Assembly (NCBI GenBank): GCA_963727455.1
Contig: CAVSGG010000007.1
Coordinates: forward strand, 115,478-179,477
DNA from: Candidatus Krumholzibacteriota bacterium
GTDB lineage: Bacteria; Krumholzibacteriota; Krumholzibacteriia; JAJRXK01
Direction: 5' to 3'
DNA length: 64,000 bases
Shown here: positions 50,408 to 59,784 of the stretch, piece by piece
Position numbering within the stretch: the first letter of the stretch is position 1
How the letters are laid out: every line of letters starts with the position of its first letter
Notes under the pieces: generated by a model
Seen by the model: the letters and a program-made list of their open reading frames with translations, nothing else
Databases searched by the model: none
What the model was told of the DNA's origin: nothing
Translations under genes and position numbers: made by a program

Positions 50408-50436
50408 TTGACGCACCCGAGGGCCCTACGTAGCTT
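50408..50436 (+). promoter_or_regulatory. Sigma-70-type promoter into non-coding region
   Basis: TTGACG-N17-TAGCTT. Confidence 0.65.
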
Positions 50437-50442
50437 GCCAGT

Positions 50443-51175
50443 AGGAGTGCGTGGGTAAGTAGACTCGTCTGTCTATCCAACGACTCGTCTGCGAAACCAT
50501 TCTCTCCACGGAGACGAGGGGACTCCAAGCCCCGCGTTTGCAACACTCGCCACACTTCCAAGCGGACCTGGAGCTTTCCCCACCCGAGTCACCGGCGACG
50601 TCTTTGTCCATCGAAGCGAGTCTGGTCTCTTGCGAGGCCGGGAGTTTCAAGTGGCGCGATGTCGCGAGATTGCTCGGTTGACCAGGTGCCTTGCGTCTCG
50701 CCCCAGGCCCGAAATTTCCCTAGAGACTCGCGAACTCTGAAGAGTGGGTCCGTGTGTGTGCCTGTTGTGAGGCTGACACGCTACTTGTCGCGCAGCTCTT
50801 CAGTGTTGGAATGCTTGGGCTCCGCGCGGGCTCTGCTCCCTTGCGCCGGTTCTCGTTGAAGTCGTTTGCATGATCCGGCCCTCGGCGTGATCCCTTCGCA
50901 CGGTCCCAGGTGGGGTTCTGGGAGGCGAACGGGAGGGGCGACCCTCTCAGGGACCGCTCGTCTCCACAGTTCCCTCTGCTGTGTTCGGGTTGGATTGGGT
51001 GCGGGTCCGGCTGACGTGCACGGACAGGCTTCAGGGTCGATCCCTGTCATAGCGCCAGGCGGAAGGGGGCCCTCGTTCGACGGACACCTCGAGTGTTCAG
51101 CCGGCACCCCCCAAGTCGGGTCATTGGTCGAGTCCACTGGGGCATGAACTCGACACAGTCGGCCGGCCCGCTCCT
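50443..51175 (+). ncRNA. Candidate large structured non-coding RNA (~730 nt), family not recognised
   Basis: No credible ORF; 5'/3' ends pair; at least ten mostly nested helices identifiable by eye; own promoter. Confidence 0.6.
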
Positions 51176-51202
51176 CATCCCGATGCAGAGAGTCGGTTCT
51201 GC

Positions 51203-53242
51203 CTACTTGACCAGAGTGATTCTCTGGGCCGCGGATTGCTCCGATCCCTGCAACACTACGGTATAGACTCCCGAAGCCACCGGGTTCCCTCGGTCATCGC
51301 GCCCGTGCCAGAGAAGTTCGTGCTCGCCCTGTGCCATCGTCTCCGTATCGAAGCTCCGCACGACCCGGCCGCGCGCGTCCACGATCCGCAGTTGAACCGG
51401 CAGCTGTCCCGGGACGGTGAAGCGCAGGCGCGTGGTGGGATTGAAGGGGTTGGGGACGTTGGGCAGGAGCGACAGGCGGGTCGCCGCGAGCTGCGGGACC
51501 GCGGTGGCGGCGTCGGGACTTTGGTTCCAGCGCAGGACCCAATCCTTGGGATCGAGTTCGACATTCGTTGGCTGGGCGGAGACGATGAAGGACGCAACTT
51601 GGTACGCGCCGTCGTTCCACACCGTAAACGTTTGCGAGCCCGCTGCTGTGTCCACCACGAAATCCAGCGGCATGCGGTAGGTGTCACCCTCCTGCACCTG
51701 CTCGATGGTGACTACCACCTTATAGCTCTCTCCCAGATTCTCGGCCCTCCAGGAGATGTCGTAATCGGGACGGCCCACGCGGTAGAGCCACTCATCGAAG
51801 AACCAGGACAACTCGGTGCCGGAAACCGACTCAGCGATGGAGATGAAGTCGGAGATGTGCGCCGCACCATAGTGCAGGTTGGGCGAAGCGGCGTAGGTTT
51901 TGAGCACCTGGAAGAAGTCGTTGTCGCCGATCATGTGGCGCAGCATGTGCAGAATCCAAGCTCCTTTCTGGTACACGGTGCCCCCGAAGAGCGGAGTGGG
52001 GGGGCTCACCGGTCCGTAGAAGCCGATCTCGTAGGCGGAGTGCGAGCGCATGAAGCTACGGTACTGATCGAAACCGTACTTGTACTCGACCCAAAGCGCT
52101 TCGGCGTAGGTTGCGAAGCCTTCGTGCAGCCATACTTCGTTCCAGTCCTTGACGGTGACGAGATTTCCGAACCACTGATGCGAGAGTTCGTGGCCCACCA
52201 GAGTTTCGAAGTAGTTGTCACCGGTAATGAGAGTTTGGCCGTAGCTCGTCATGGTCTGATGTTCCATGGCTCCATCGAAGATGAACTCGGCCATGCCATA
52301 CTTGTCGTCGACGAAGGGGTACTCGCCGAAGAGGTTCGAGTAGAGGTCGAGCATTTCCTTGGTGGACGCGAAATCGACGAGGGCCTTGTTGAGGTCCTCG
52401 GGGAAGACCTTGTACTCCAGCGTCATCTCCTTTCCGCTCGGGCTTGTCCAGTTCTCGGTCCAGCCCACGTAGTTGGTCACCGCGATCGACACGTTGTAAG
52501 AGCTGATGGGGTAGTTCTCTTCCCAGGTGAAGAGCGTGCCCCCGTTGTTGGGGAGCACTTCCTCCGAGTTCAGGACCCCGTTGCCCGCGCAGTAGTATCC
52601 CGGCGGCGCCAGCAGGGTGAGACTGACGGTGGCCTTGTCGTCAGGGAGGTCCTTGCACGGCCACCAAGAGCGCGAATAGTAGGGCTCGCTGAGGGTGGCG
52701 AGGATCGGCGTGCCGTCGTGCAGGAGGTATTGCATCCCCAAGAAACCGACCGGCTCCGGGGAGCCCTCGTAGTCGATGGTGATGCTCGTGGAGTCCCCCA
52801 GGGCCAGGGGCGTTTGGAGCTGGACGGTCAAAAGATCGTTCTCATGCGTGAAACTCAGCGGATTGCCCTGGCTGTCGTGAGCGCCGGTGCCTTGCAGATT
52901 CTGGAAGAGATCGAATTCCAGGTCGGTGAGTCCATCGACCAGGCTCTTCAGGTCGATGCGTACCGTGCCCTGAATGGTCTGATCGTCGAACGACGGCTGG
53001 AGATAGAGATCGTAGTGCAGAACGTCGTAATGCGTCTGGTTGACGGTGGCGAGCTTGCCCGTCCCCGTCATCCCGGTGGTTCCCATCTTGGTCGAAAATT
53101 GAGAGGGGAACTCACCGCGCACTCCGCCCGGAATGGTGCACAGTTCCACCGCGAGAGCTGGGGAAGCCGCAACAACAAGACAAAGGAAAACCGGCGCAAG
53201 GGCGGTGAGGCATCGCCTGCGCGAGGTGGATGCGTGGTGCAT
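51203..53242 (-). CDS. M1 family aminopeptidase with C-terminal FlgD-Ig/T9SS-like domain
   Basis: Signal peptide; GAMEH, HELSH...WLHEG; tail PNPFNPTT...WHGRDDRG..VASGVY. Confidence 0.92.
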   Translation of the reverse strand: MHHASTSRRRCLTALAPVFLCLVVAASPALAVELCTIPGGVRGEFPSQFSTKMGTTGMTGTGKLATVNQTHYDVLHYDLYLQPSFDDQTIQGTVRIDLKSLVDGLTDLEFDLFQNLQGTGAHDSQGNPLSFTHENDLLTVQLQTPLALGDSTSITIDYEGSPEPVGFLGMQYLLHDGTPILATLSEPYYSRSWWPCKDLPDDKATVSLTLLAPPGYYCAGNGVLNSEEVLPNNGGTLFTWEENYPISSYNVSIAVTNYVGWTENWTSPSGKEMTLEYKVFPEDLNKALVDFASTKEMLDLYSNLFGEYPFVDDKYGMAEFIFDGAMEHQTMTSYGQTLITGDNYFETLVGHELSHQWFGNLVTVKDWNEVWLHEGFATYAEALWVEYKYGFDQYRSFMRSHSAYEIGFYGPVSPPTPLFGGTVYQKGAWILHMLRHMIGDNDFFQVLKTYAASPNLHYGAAHISDFISIAESVSGTELSWFFDEWLYRVGRPDYDISWRAENLGESYKVVVTIEQVQEGDTYRMPLDFVVDTAAGSQTFTVWNDGAYQVASFIVSAQPTNVELDPKDWVLRWNQSPDAATAVPQLAATRLSLLPNVPNPFNPTTRLRFTVPGQLPVQLRIVDARGRVVRSFDTETMAQGEHELLWHGRDDRGNPVASGVYTVVLQGSEQSAAQRITLVK

Positions 53243-53613
53243 GATGTCGGATCTAGTTCGTTCTCAATGCCCCATGAAGCTCCTCATGCGGAAAGAGTGC
53301 TCTGTGGGGAACCCGGTCTCTAAGGCTTCCATAATGACAGTGCCCGCCGACGCGGTCAAGCCAGCGCGCCCTACGGCGGCTGCCAAAGGAAGTCACTTTC
53401 GGTACGATAGGGGAGGCCCAAGGTGTACGCGCAGCGCCACGGTGTACGCCCACGTACGTACTTTGGTCCGATCGGACACGGAGTTTCCGTTGTAACTAAC
53501 TGAAAGCTAGCTAGTTGCGAGCTTGGCTCCCGCCGGGCCCCAGCTTTGCTGCCCAGGGGGGAGAACCCCAAAATGGTCGAGACTCCTCGGCCCGATTCAC
53601 CAGGAGGATGACG

Positions 53614-54768
53614 ATGACCACCCGTGCCTTTGCTCGTCTGGGGATTTTGACCCTGGTCCTGGCCTTACTCGCGCCGGGATGTTCCAAGAACGACAATCCT
53701 CTCTCGAGTCCCGATACTACGAGCATCGGAGGCTCGAATTCGATCGATCAGGTCGACCTGAACCAGCCCTACGGGGGGCTGGCCTACACCAACGAAGCAC
53801 CGGCCTTCGACGACCCCCAGCTGCAGAACGAGACTCGGGCCATGGATCAGAACCTCATGGCGGAAGACGATGAGGACACCATGCTCGCGCACGATCCCGC
53901 TTTCCGCGACAGCCCGCGACTCAAGCGCACATTCCTGCGCATTCTCTGGGGCCAACTCGATAGCCAGCCCACGACGGATGCGGCGGCCCCGGTGGCCGCG
54001 CTCGACTGGAGCGGCTCGCTGAAAGTCAGCGGCGGCGTACTCGCCGTCAAACGCACGATTCTCTTCGAGTGGCCGGCCGACCACCTTCTGCCGCGCACGG
54101 ACCGGCAGAGCCTGTCGTGGGTGAGCCACACTGGGCCGCGTTTCGATGGTCTGCTGCTGTGCGTGCTGCAGCGTCCGGACACGAACGGAACCTATCCGGA
54201 AGGCAGCATCAGCTTCGACAGCGGACCCTACAGCACCACCATCAAGCTCGCGGATCTGGACGGCCTGGATCGCACGGAGAGCGTGGACGACCAGGGCAAC
54301 GCGATCTCCTTCGAGGGCAAGACTCTCAGCGACTGTCCCGCGGGCTTCATGCGCGGCTACTGGGTGCGCGTTCCCGGGGCGAACGGAGGGTTCTTCCGGG
54401 GCCACTGGCTGAGCCAACTTGGTAGCGTGAAGGGTCACTTGCGGGGACGCTGGGGCACGAACGAAGCGGGCGAGCGGGTCTTTGCCGGCAAGATCATCGA
54501 CCGCGCCGGAAACGTGCGCGGCCTGATAGAAGGAAGCTGGTCGCCGGGTCAGGACGGTATGGGGGACTTCTCCGGTCACTGGGCCTTCCGCTCCGGCCAG
54601 ATCGAAGGCGAATTCAGCGGTAAGTTTATGACGCGAAGCGACCTTGGCCTAGGCTTCTTCCGGGCAAGCTGGAGCGCCGAGTGTCCCTCACCGGCGGTGG
54701 ATGCGCCGCCGGACACCCTTCCCGACACGCCACCTGAACCGCCGACGACCGGAGACTCCGGGCGCTGA
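53614..54768 (+). CDS. Hypothetical lipoprotein with Gly/aromatic beta repeats
   Basis: AGGAGG RBS; lipobox-like LAPGC; repeats G.[FML].G.W; Pro-rich tail. Confidence 0.7.
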   Translation: MTTRAFARLGILTLVLALLAPGCSKNDNPLSSPDTTSIGGSNSIDQVDLNQPYGGLAYTNEAPAFDDPQLQNETRAMDQNLMAEDDEDTMLAHDPAFRDSPRLKRTFLRILWGQLDSQPTTDAAAPVAALDWSGSLKVSGGVLAVKRTILFEWPADHLLPRTDRQSLSWVSHTGPRFDGLLLCVLQRPDTNGTYPEGSISFDSGPYSTTIKLADLDGLDRTESVDDQGNAISFEGKTLSDCPAGFMRGYWVRVPGANGGFFRGHWLSQLGSVKGHLRGRWGTNEAGERVFAGKIIDRAGNVRGLIEGSWSPGQDGMGDFSGHWAFRSGQIEGEFSGKFMTRSDLGLGFFRASWSAECPSPAVDAPPDTLPDTPPEPPTTGDSGR

Positions 54769-54905
54769 GTTCGGCTCCCGAGATAGAGGCGCCAAGGGTC
54801 TCTCCAGCATGGTTCGGACGGGAAGAGGGCGGTTCCAATGGGAGCCGCCCTAAGCCTATCCGCTCGGAAGTGGAGAGAGTTCGATCAATCGTTTATATTC
54901 GCTGC

Positions 54906-55532
54906 ATGTCTTCCATTGCCAAGATCATGGTCTCCTTGCGCGTCAACGGAGCCGTCCACGAGCTAGCAATCCGCCCGGCAGCCACCCTTCTCGACGTGCT
55001 ACGCGAGGAGCTCCACCTCACGGGCAGCCACCGCGGCTGCGATATGGGGACGTGCGGCTGCTGCACGGTTCTCGTCGACGACAAGCCCCTTCTCTCCTGC
55101 CTCACCCTGGCCGCCGAGGCCGAGGGTAAGGAAATCACCACCATCGAAGGCCTGCACGAGGCGGAGAAACTCCATCCGGTGCAGGAGGCCTTCCTGAGCA
55201 GCGGCGGGAGTCAATGCGGCTTTTGCACGCCCGGATTCATCATGACCTCCGTGGCGCTCCTGCGCGAACACCCCGATCCCAGCGAGCAGGAAATTCGCGA
55301 GGCGATCAGCGGCAACATGTGCCGTTGTACCGGCTATGTGAAGATCGTCGATGCGGTCCAGAAGGCCGCAGCCGAGCTACGGGGCACGCGCGGAAGCGTC
55401 GACGTGCCGGTGGGAACCGGAATCCGCGGCCGGCGCAACGACGACGGAGGCGATTCGGTGCTCGGAGCGTTCAAGGGCAGAAGGCCGCAGCGGCCCGCCA
55501 AGAAATCCGACAGCGGGGAGGTGAGCAAGTGA
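54906..55532 (+). CDS. (2Fe-2S)-binding subunit of xanthine-oxidase-family enzyme (HcrC/CoxS-like)
   Basis: [28 protein letters not shown]. Confidence 0.95.
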   Translation: MSSIAKIMVSLRVNGAVHELAIRPAATLLDVLREELHLTGSHRGCDMGTCGCCTVLVDDKPLLSCLTLAAEAEGKEITTIEGLHEAEKLHPVQEAFLSSGGSQCGFCTPGFIMTSVALLREHPDPSEQEIREAISGNMCRCTGYVKIVDAVQKAAAELRGTRGSVDVPVGTGIRGRRNDDGGDSVLGAFKGRRPQRPAKKSDSGEVSK

Positions 55533-57856
55533 GGAAGAGGAAAGCTTACAACATCATCGGCCAGCCCATTCCCCTGGTGGATGGCGCCAAGAAGGTGGCC
55601 GGGGAAGGCGAGTACGCCGAGGACATTCGTCTGCCGGGCATGCTTTACGCGCGCATTCTACACAGCCCTCACTCCCACGCGCGCATCCTCTCCATCTCCA
55701 CCGAAAAAGCGGCCGCGATCCCCGGGGTACGCGCCGTCGTCACCGGAAAAGAGGCGCCAGCCCAGTTCGGAGTCCTGCCCATCACCAAGGATGAGACCGC
55801 GATGGCGACAGATCGCGCGCGCTTCGTCGGCGACTACGTGGCGGCAGTGGCCGCCGACGACGAAGAGACCGCCGATCGAGCGGTTTCGGCGATCACGGTG
55901 GAGTACGAAGAACTGAAGTCCGTTAAGAAGATGACGGACGCGTTGGGGGATGAGGTCGAAGCTCTGCACCGTAAGACGGTGGAGGGCACCAACATCATGA
56001 AGCAGGTCGAGCAGGACTTCGGCGACGTGGACAAAGCCTTCGAGGCCGCCGATGCCCTGGTGGAGCAGCGCTACGAGTTTCCTGGAGTGAATCACGCCTT
56101 CACCGAACCCCATGCAGTGTGCGCACATTTTGAGGCCGACGGACGGCTCACCCTGTGGTCGCCCACCCAGGTGCCGCATTACGTGCATCGCGCGTTGGCC
56201 GAGGTGATGGATCTACCCATGCACCAAATCCGCGTGTTCCGCACCATGATCGGTGGCGGCTTCGGCGGGAAGAGCGATCCGTTCCCGCACGAAATGATCG
56301 TCTGTCTGCTTGCCCGCAAGACCGGTCGTCCCGTCAAGCTGGTAATGACCCGTGAGGAGACCTTCCTCGTCAACCACGGACGGCATCCCACCCAGACCAC
56401 GATCAAGATGTCGGCCAAGAAGGAGGACGGAGTCACCGCTCTGCAGCTCGATGCACTCATCGACGGCGGCGCTTTCTCCAGTTTCGGCGTGGTTACTACC
56501 TACTACAACGGTGTGCTGAGCCAAGGTCCCTACCGCATTCCCAACTTTCGCTACCGCGGCCGGCGTGTGTATTCCAATCGTCCGCCCAGCGGGGCGATGC
56601 GCGGACACGGCAGCGTCAATACCCGCTATCTCATCGAGACCACGGTGGATGAACTGGCCGAGCAGCTGGGAGAGGATCCCTGCGAGTTTCGTCTGCGCAG
56701 TTTTCTGCCCGAGAATACCCTCACCACGAACCACTTCCGCATCACCAGCAACGGGATTCGCGAGGGGCTCGCCGAAGCCATGTTGCGCAGCGAGTGGCGC
56801 GAGCGTTGGGGGAAGTTGCCCTTCGGTCACGGACTGGGGGTGGGCTGCGGCTTCTACATCAGCGGGAGCAACTTGCCCATTCACTGGACGCGTTTCCCGC
56901 ACTGCACGGTTCACCTGAAGGTCGACGGCGACGGCGGGGTTACCATCCACAACATGGCGGCCGAAATCGGACAGGGCTCGGACACGGTCATGGCGCAGGT
57001 GGTGGCCGAGGAGTTGGGTCTGCCGATCTCGATGATGCGGGTGCGCAGCCAGGACACCGATACCGCTCCACTGGATCTGGGAAGCTACAGCAGCCGCGTG
57101 ACCTTCATGCTGGGCAATGCCACTCGCGATGCGGCGCGGATCATCACGGAGAAACTCTCGGCTGCGGCGTGTCGCCTCGCAGGCCGGCCGCGCGCGCAGT
57201 GGGAGTTCACAGGCGGCAAGCTCATCGACCTGATCGAGCCCGAGATCGAGGTTTCGTATTTCGACGCCTTGGAGGAAGCGATGGCCGAAGGTGGCGCTCT
57301 CATCGCGCGGGGTTGGTACCAATCGCCCAAACTCGGCGGCAACTTCAAGGGCGCGGCGGCGGGCCTCTCGCCGAGCTATTCCTTCGGCGCCTTCATCGCC
57401 GAAGTGAAAGTAGATCCGGAAACGGGCTTCGTGAAAGTGGTGAAGGTGTGGGCCGCGCACGACTGCGGATTCGCACTCAATCCACTGGCGGTGGCGGGGC
57501 AGATCGAAGGCAGCGTTCACATGGGCCTGGGGCAGACCCTGATGGAGGAGATGCGTTACAAGAAGGACAACCTGCTCATGAACGCCAATTTCCTCGATTA
57601 CAAGGTTCCCACCAGCGTCGATACCCCCGAGATCGAAGCCATCATCATCGAGAGCAACGACCCCGAGGGTCCCTACGGGGCCAAGGAGTGCGGCGAGGGC
57701 GCACTCTCGCCGGTCATACCCGCCGTCGGCAACGCTATCTACGATGCGGTCGGCATTCGTCTGCGTAAGCTGCCGTTCACTCCCGAGCGCGTTTTGAGCG
57801 CCCTGGAAGCAAAGGCCAAGCGTTCCAGGAGCAAGAACGGCGTCGCCTCTCTTTAG
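55529..57856 (+). CDS. Molybdopterin-binding subunit, 4-hydroxybenzoyl-CoA reductase alpha (HcrA)-like
   Basis: GTG start overlapping upstream stop; GGGFGGK, GAMRGHG, EIGQG, SSRVT, GQIEG, GAKECGEG. Confidence 0.85.
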   Translation: MRKRKAYNIIGQPIPLVDGAKKVAGEGEYAEDIRLPGMLYARILHSPHSHARILSISTEKAAAIPGVRAVVTGKEAPAQFGVLPITKDETAMATDRARFVGDYVAAVAADDEETADRAVSAITVEYEELKSVKKMTDALGDEVEALHRKTVEGTNIMKQVEQDFGDVDKAFEAADALVEQRYEFPGVNHAFTEPHAVCAHFEADGRLTLWSPTQVPHYVHRALAEVMDLPMHQIRVFRTMIGGGFGGKSDPFPHEMIVCLLARKTGRPVKLVMTREETFLVNHGRHPTQTTIKMSAKKEDGVTALQLDALIDGGAFSSFGVVTTYYNGVLSQGPYRIPNFRYRGRRVYSNRPPSGAMRGHGSVNTRYLIETTVDELAEQLGEDPCEFRLRSFLPENTLTTNHFRITSNGIREGLAEAMLRSEWRERWGKLPFGHGLGVGCGFYISGSNLPIHWTRFPHCTVHLKVDGDGGVTIHNMAAEIGQGSDTVMAQVVAEELGLPISMMRVRSQDTDTAPLDLGSYSSRVTFMLGNATRDAARIITEKLSAAACRLAGRPRAQWEFTGGKLIDLIEPEIEVSYFDALEEAMAEGGALIARGWYQSPKLGGNFKGAAAGLSPSYSFGAFIAEVKVDPETGFVKVVKVWAAHDCGFALNPLAVAGQIEGSVHMGLGQTLMEEMRYKKDNLLMNANFLDYKVPTSVDTPEIEAIIIESNDPEGPYGAKECGEGALSPVIPAVGNAIYDAVGIRLRKLPFTPERVLSALEAKAKRSRSKNGVASL

Positions 57857-57879
57857 TAGCCAAGAGGAATCCCCAAGTC

Positions 57880-58893
57880 ATGACCATGTACGTTCCGAGC
57901 TTCCGGCTGCACCGGCCCAACTCTCTGAAGGAAGCGCTCGCTCTGACTCGTGAGCTGAAGGATTTCGATTTCCTCGGTGGCGGCACCGACCTTCTGTGCA
58001 ACTACAAGAACAAACTGAATGCCAAGGACGAAGTCATCAGTCTCACCCACATCGAAGAGCTGAAGGAGATCTCTCCCACCCGTATCGGCGGCGGGGTGAC
58101 GCTCAACGACTTACTCGACGACGCGGCCATCGCGGCCACCCATCCCGTGATCTCTCAGACCGTGCGCAAGATCGCCAGTCCGCTCATCCGGCAGACGGCG
58201 ACGGTGGGAGGCAACCTGCTGGTGGACACACGCTGCTATTGGTTCAATCAGTCCCCGGAATTTCGCAACGCCCTGGGCTCGTGTCTCAAGGCGGAATCGG
58301 ACGAGTGCCGCGTGGTACCTAACCCCTCGATCTGTTACGCCACCTACAGCGGCGATCTGGGTCCGGTGTTGTGGGCGCTGGATGCCCGCGTGCATCTGAT
58401 GGGACCAGACGGCGATCGCCGCGTCTCGATGCAGGAGTTCTTTTTGCCCGCGGGCTCTTCCAAGAACACCATGGATGAGGGCGCTCACCTGGATGGTATC
58501 GGTCGCAATACCAAGAAGCCGGACGAGATCATCGTGGCGGTCGAGATTCCCGTGGAGAGTCAGGAACTCCAAGCCGGCTACATGAAGCTGCGCGCCCGCG
58601 ACGCGCTCGACTTTCCCGATGCGGGGGTGGCGATTGCGCTGCGCCGCGGCAAGAAAGGCGCCATCGAATCACTGCGCGTAGTGGTGGGTGCAGTGGCGCC
58701 GACGCCGTTGGAGTACTCCGAAACCGCAAAGGCCCTCGTGGGCACGGTGCCCGACGAGGATGCCCTGGCCGCCTTCGGCGAACGGCTCTCCGCTGCGATC
58801 ACTCCCTACAAGAACACCTGGTTCGGTCCCAAGTACCGGCGCAAGATCGTCGGTGTCTACGGCAAGCGCATTCTGCGCGAGCTGCTGTTCTAG
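57880..58893 (+). CDS. FAD-binding subunit with [4Fe-4S] insertion (HcrB-like)
   Basis: GGGTDL, ATVGGNL, insert RCYWFNQS...CLK....C.......C, KLRARDALDFP. Confidence 0.88.
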   Translation: MTMYVPSFRLHRPNSLKEALALTRELKDFDFLGGGTDLLCNYKNKLNAKDEVISLTHIEELKEISPTRIGGGVTLNDLLDDAAIAATHPVISQTVRKIASPLIRQTATVGGNLLVDTRCYWFNQSPEFRNALGSCLKAESDECRVVPNPSICYATYSGDLGPVLWALDARVHLMGPDGDRRVSMQEFFLPAGSSKNTMDEGAHLDGIGRNTKKPDEIIVAVEIPVESQELQAGYMKLRARDALDFPDAGVAIALRRGKKGAIESLRVVVGAVAPTPLEYSETAKALVGTVPDEDALAAFGERLSAAITPYKNTWFGPKYRRKIVGVYGKRILRELLF

Positions 58894-59627
58894 TAGAAGT
58901 TGCTTTTGAGCGCGCCCCACGAACGTTTTTCGGTGGCGACCTCTGTGCAATCCGCGCTGGTCACCCGCAGGTTGTCGAAGGCGACGGTGTAGTCGTCGAC
59001 ACCAGCGAACTCGAGCGAAATGATCCGCAATCCATCGGGGCCCCACCCAAAGAAAGCCAGATTCTGCCCACCAGGATCTGGTACGCCGTCAATCGATATG
59101 CTCATGGTGTCTTTCTTGAAGTCCAACTGCACTTCGAAGTTCTGGACCGTCATGGGGTTGTACGTCGACTGCAAGACGACGTTCCTATCATTGGTCGTCA
59201 TCAGCCCTTCCGGACGAAACTCCACCGTGCCGATGAGCCGAGCGTTGGGGCTTCCGAAGGCGAGGTAGAAGTCCTCGGAATGGCGATCGAGAACCGAACT
59301 CCAGCTGATGGTATAGGTCTGGCAGTTCTGTAGGTCGGGATCCACGACGAACGCCAAGTAGAATTCGTCGATCAATTGCCGCGTGAGCACGACGGGCTGC
59401 TCGTTCAGGCTCGAGAACGAACTCTCGACGGAAATGGCCCCTCCCGAGACGCTGGAGATGAGAAAGTCACCGTCAGGGGCGCCGGCCAGATCGGTCGCCG
59501 GCATCTCTCCGATCGTGTCATGGTCGAAATCAGCCTGCAGAACCACGGTTTGGGCGGAAGCATCACTACGAGCGAAAAGGAGAAGGAGGGCAAGAATACC
59601 GAGAAGCGGGCGTGGGCAAGAGTTCAC
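58890..59627 (-). CDS. Secreted hypothetical protein with C-terminal SWGALK motif
   Basis: GTG start with purine-rich RBS; signal peptide ending ASA; C-terminus VATEKRSWGALKSNFY; ORF track fuses it to the RND gene. Confidence 0.7.
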   Translation of the reverse strand: MNSCPRPLLGILALLLLFARSDASAQTVVLQADFDHDTIGEMPATDLAGAPDGDFLISSVSGGAISVESSFSSLNEQPVVLTRQLIDEFYLAFVVDPDLQNCQTYTISWSSVLDRHSEDFYLAFGSPNARLIGTVEFRPEGLMTTNDRNVVLQSTYNPMTVQNFEVQLDFKKDTMSISIDGVPDPGGQNLAFFGWGPDGLRIISLEFAGVDDYTVAFDNLRVTSADCTEVATEKRSWGALKSNFY

Positions 59628-59784
59628 TTGAGATTTCCCTTCGACAAGGGATGGGCTTGAGACTGGATGACTCGATTGTCGGAAATCTGACCTTGGACTG
59701 TCAAGCGGACGGCCGGTTCGGCGCAGTCGCGCCGCGGCAGGATGGGGAAGGATCGAATCGTCAGAAGAGGTCCAAAGCGATTCT

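Noticed and set aside
48807-50561. 584-aa ORF ending in a HAD domain
   Set aside because: The N-terminal ~350 aa are the antisense shadow of the alpha/beta hydrolase; the real HAD starts near 49487
50447-51200. Group II intron, RNase P or tmRNA identity for the large RNA (GTGCG near the 5' end; GGGGAAAG on the minus strand)
   Set aside because: No canonical domain V/VI, no RNase P P4 consensus pair, no tRNA-like ends with CCA
2035-57520. Many long antisense or alternate-frame ORFs (e.g. 3518..5065, 20487..22100, 40450..42486, 45302..47179, 51236..53323)
   Set aside because: They overlap well-supported genes and have no motifs; expected shadows in high-GC DNA
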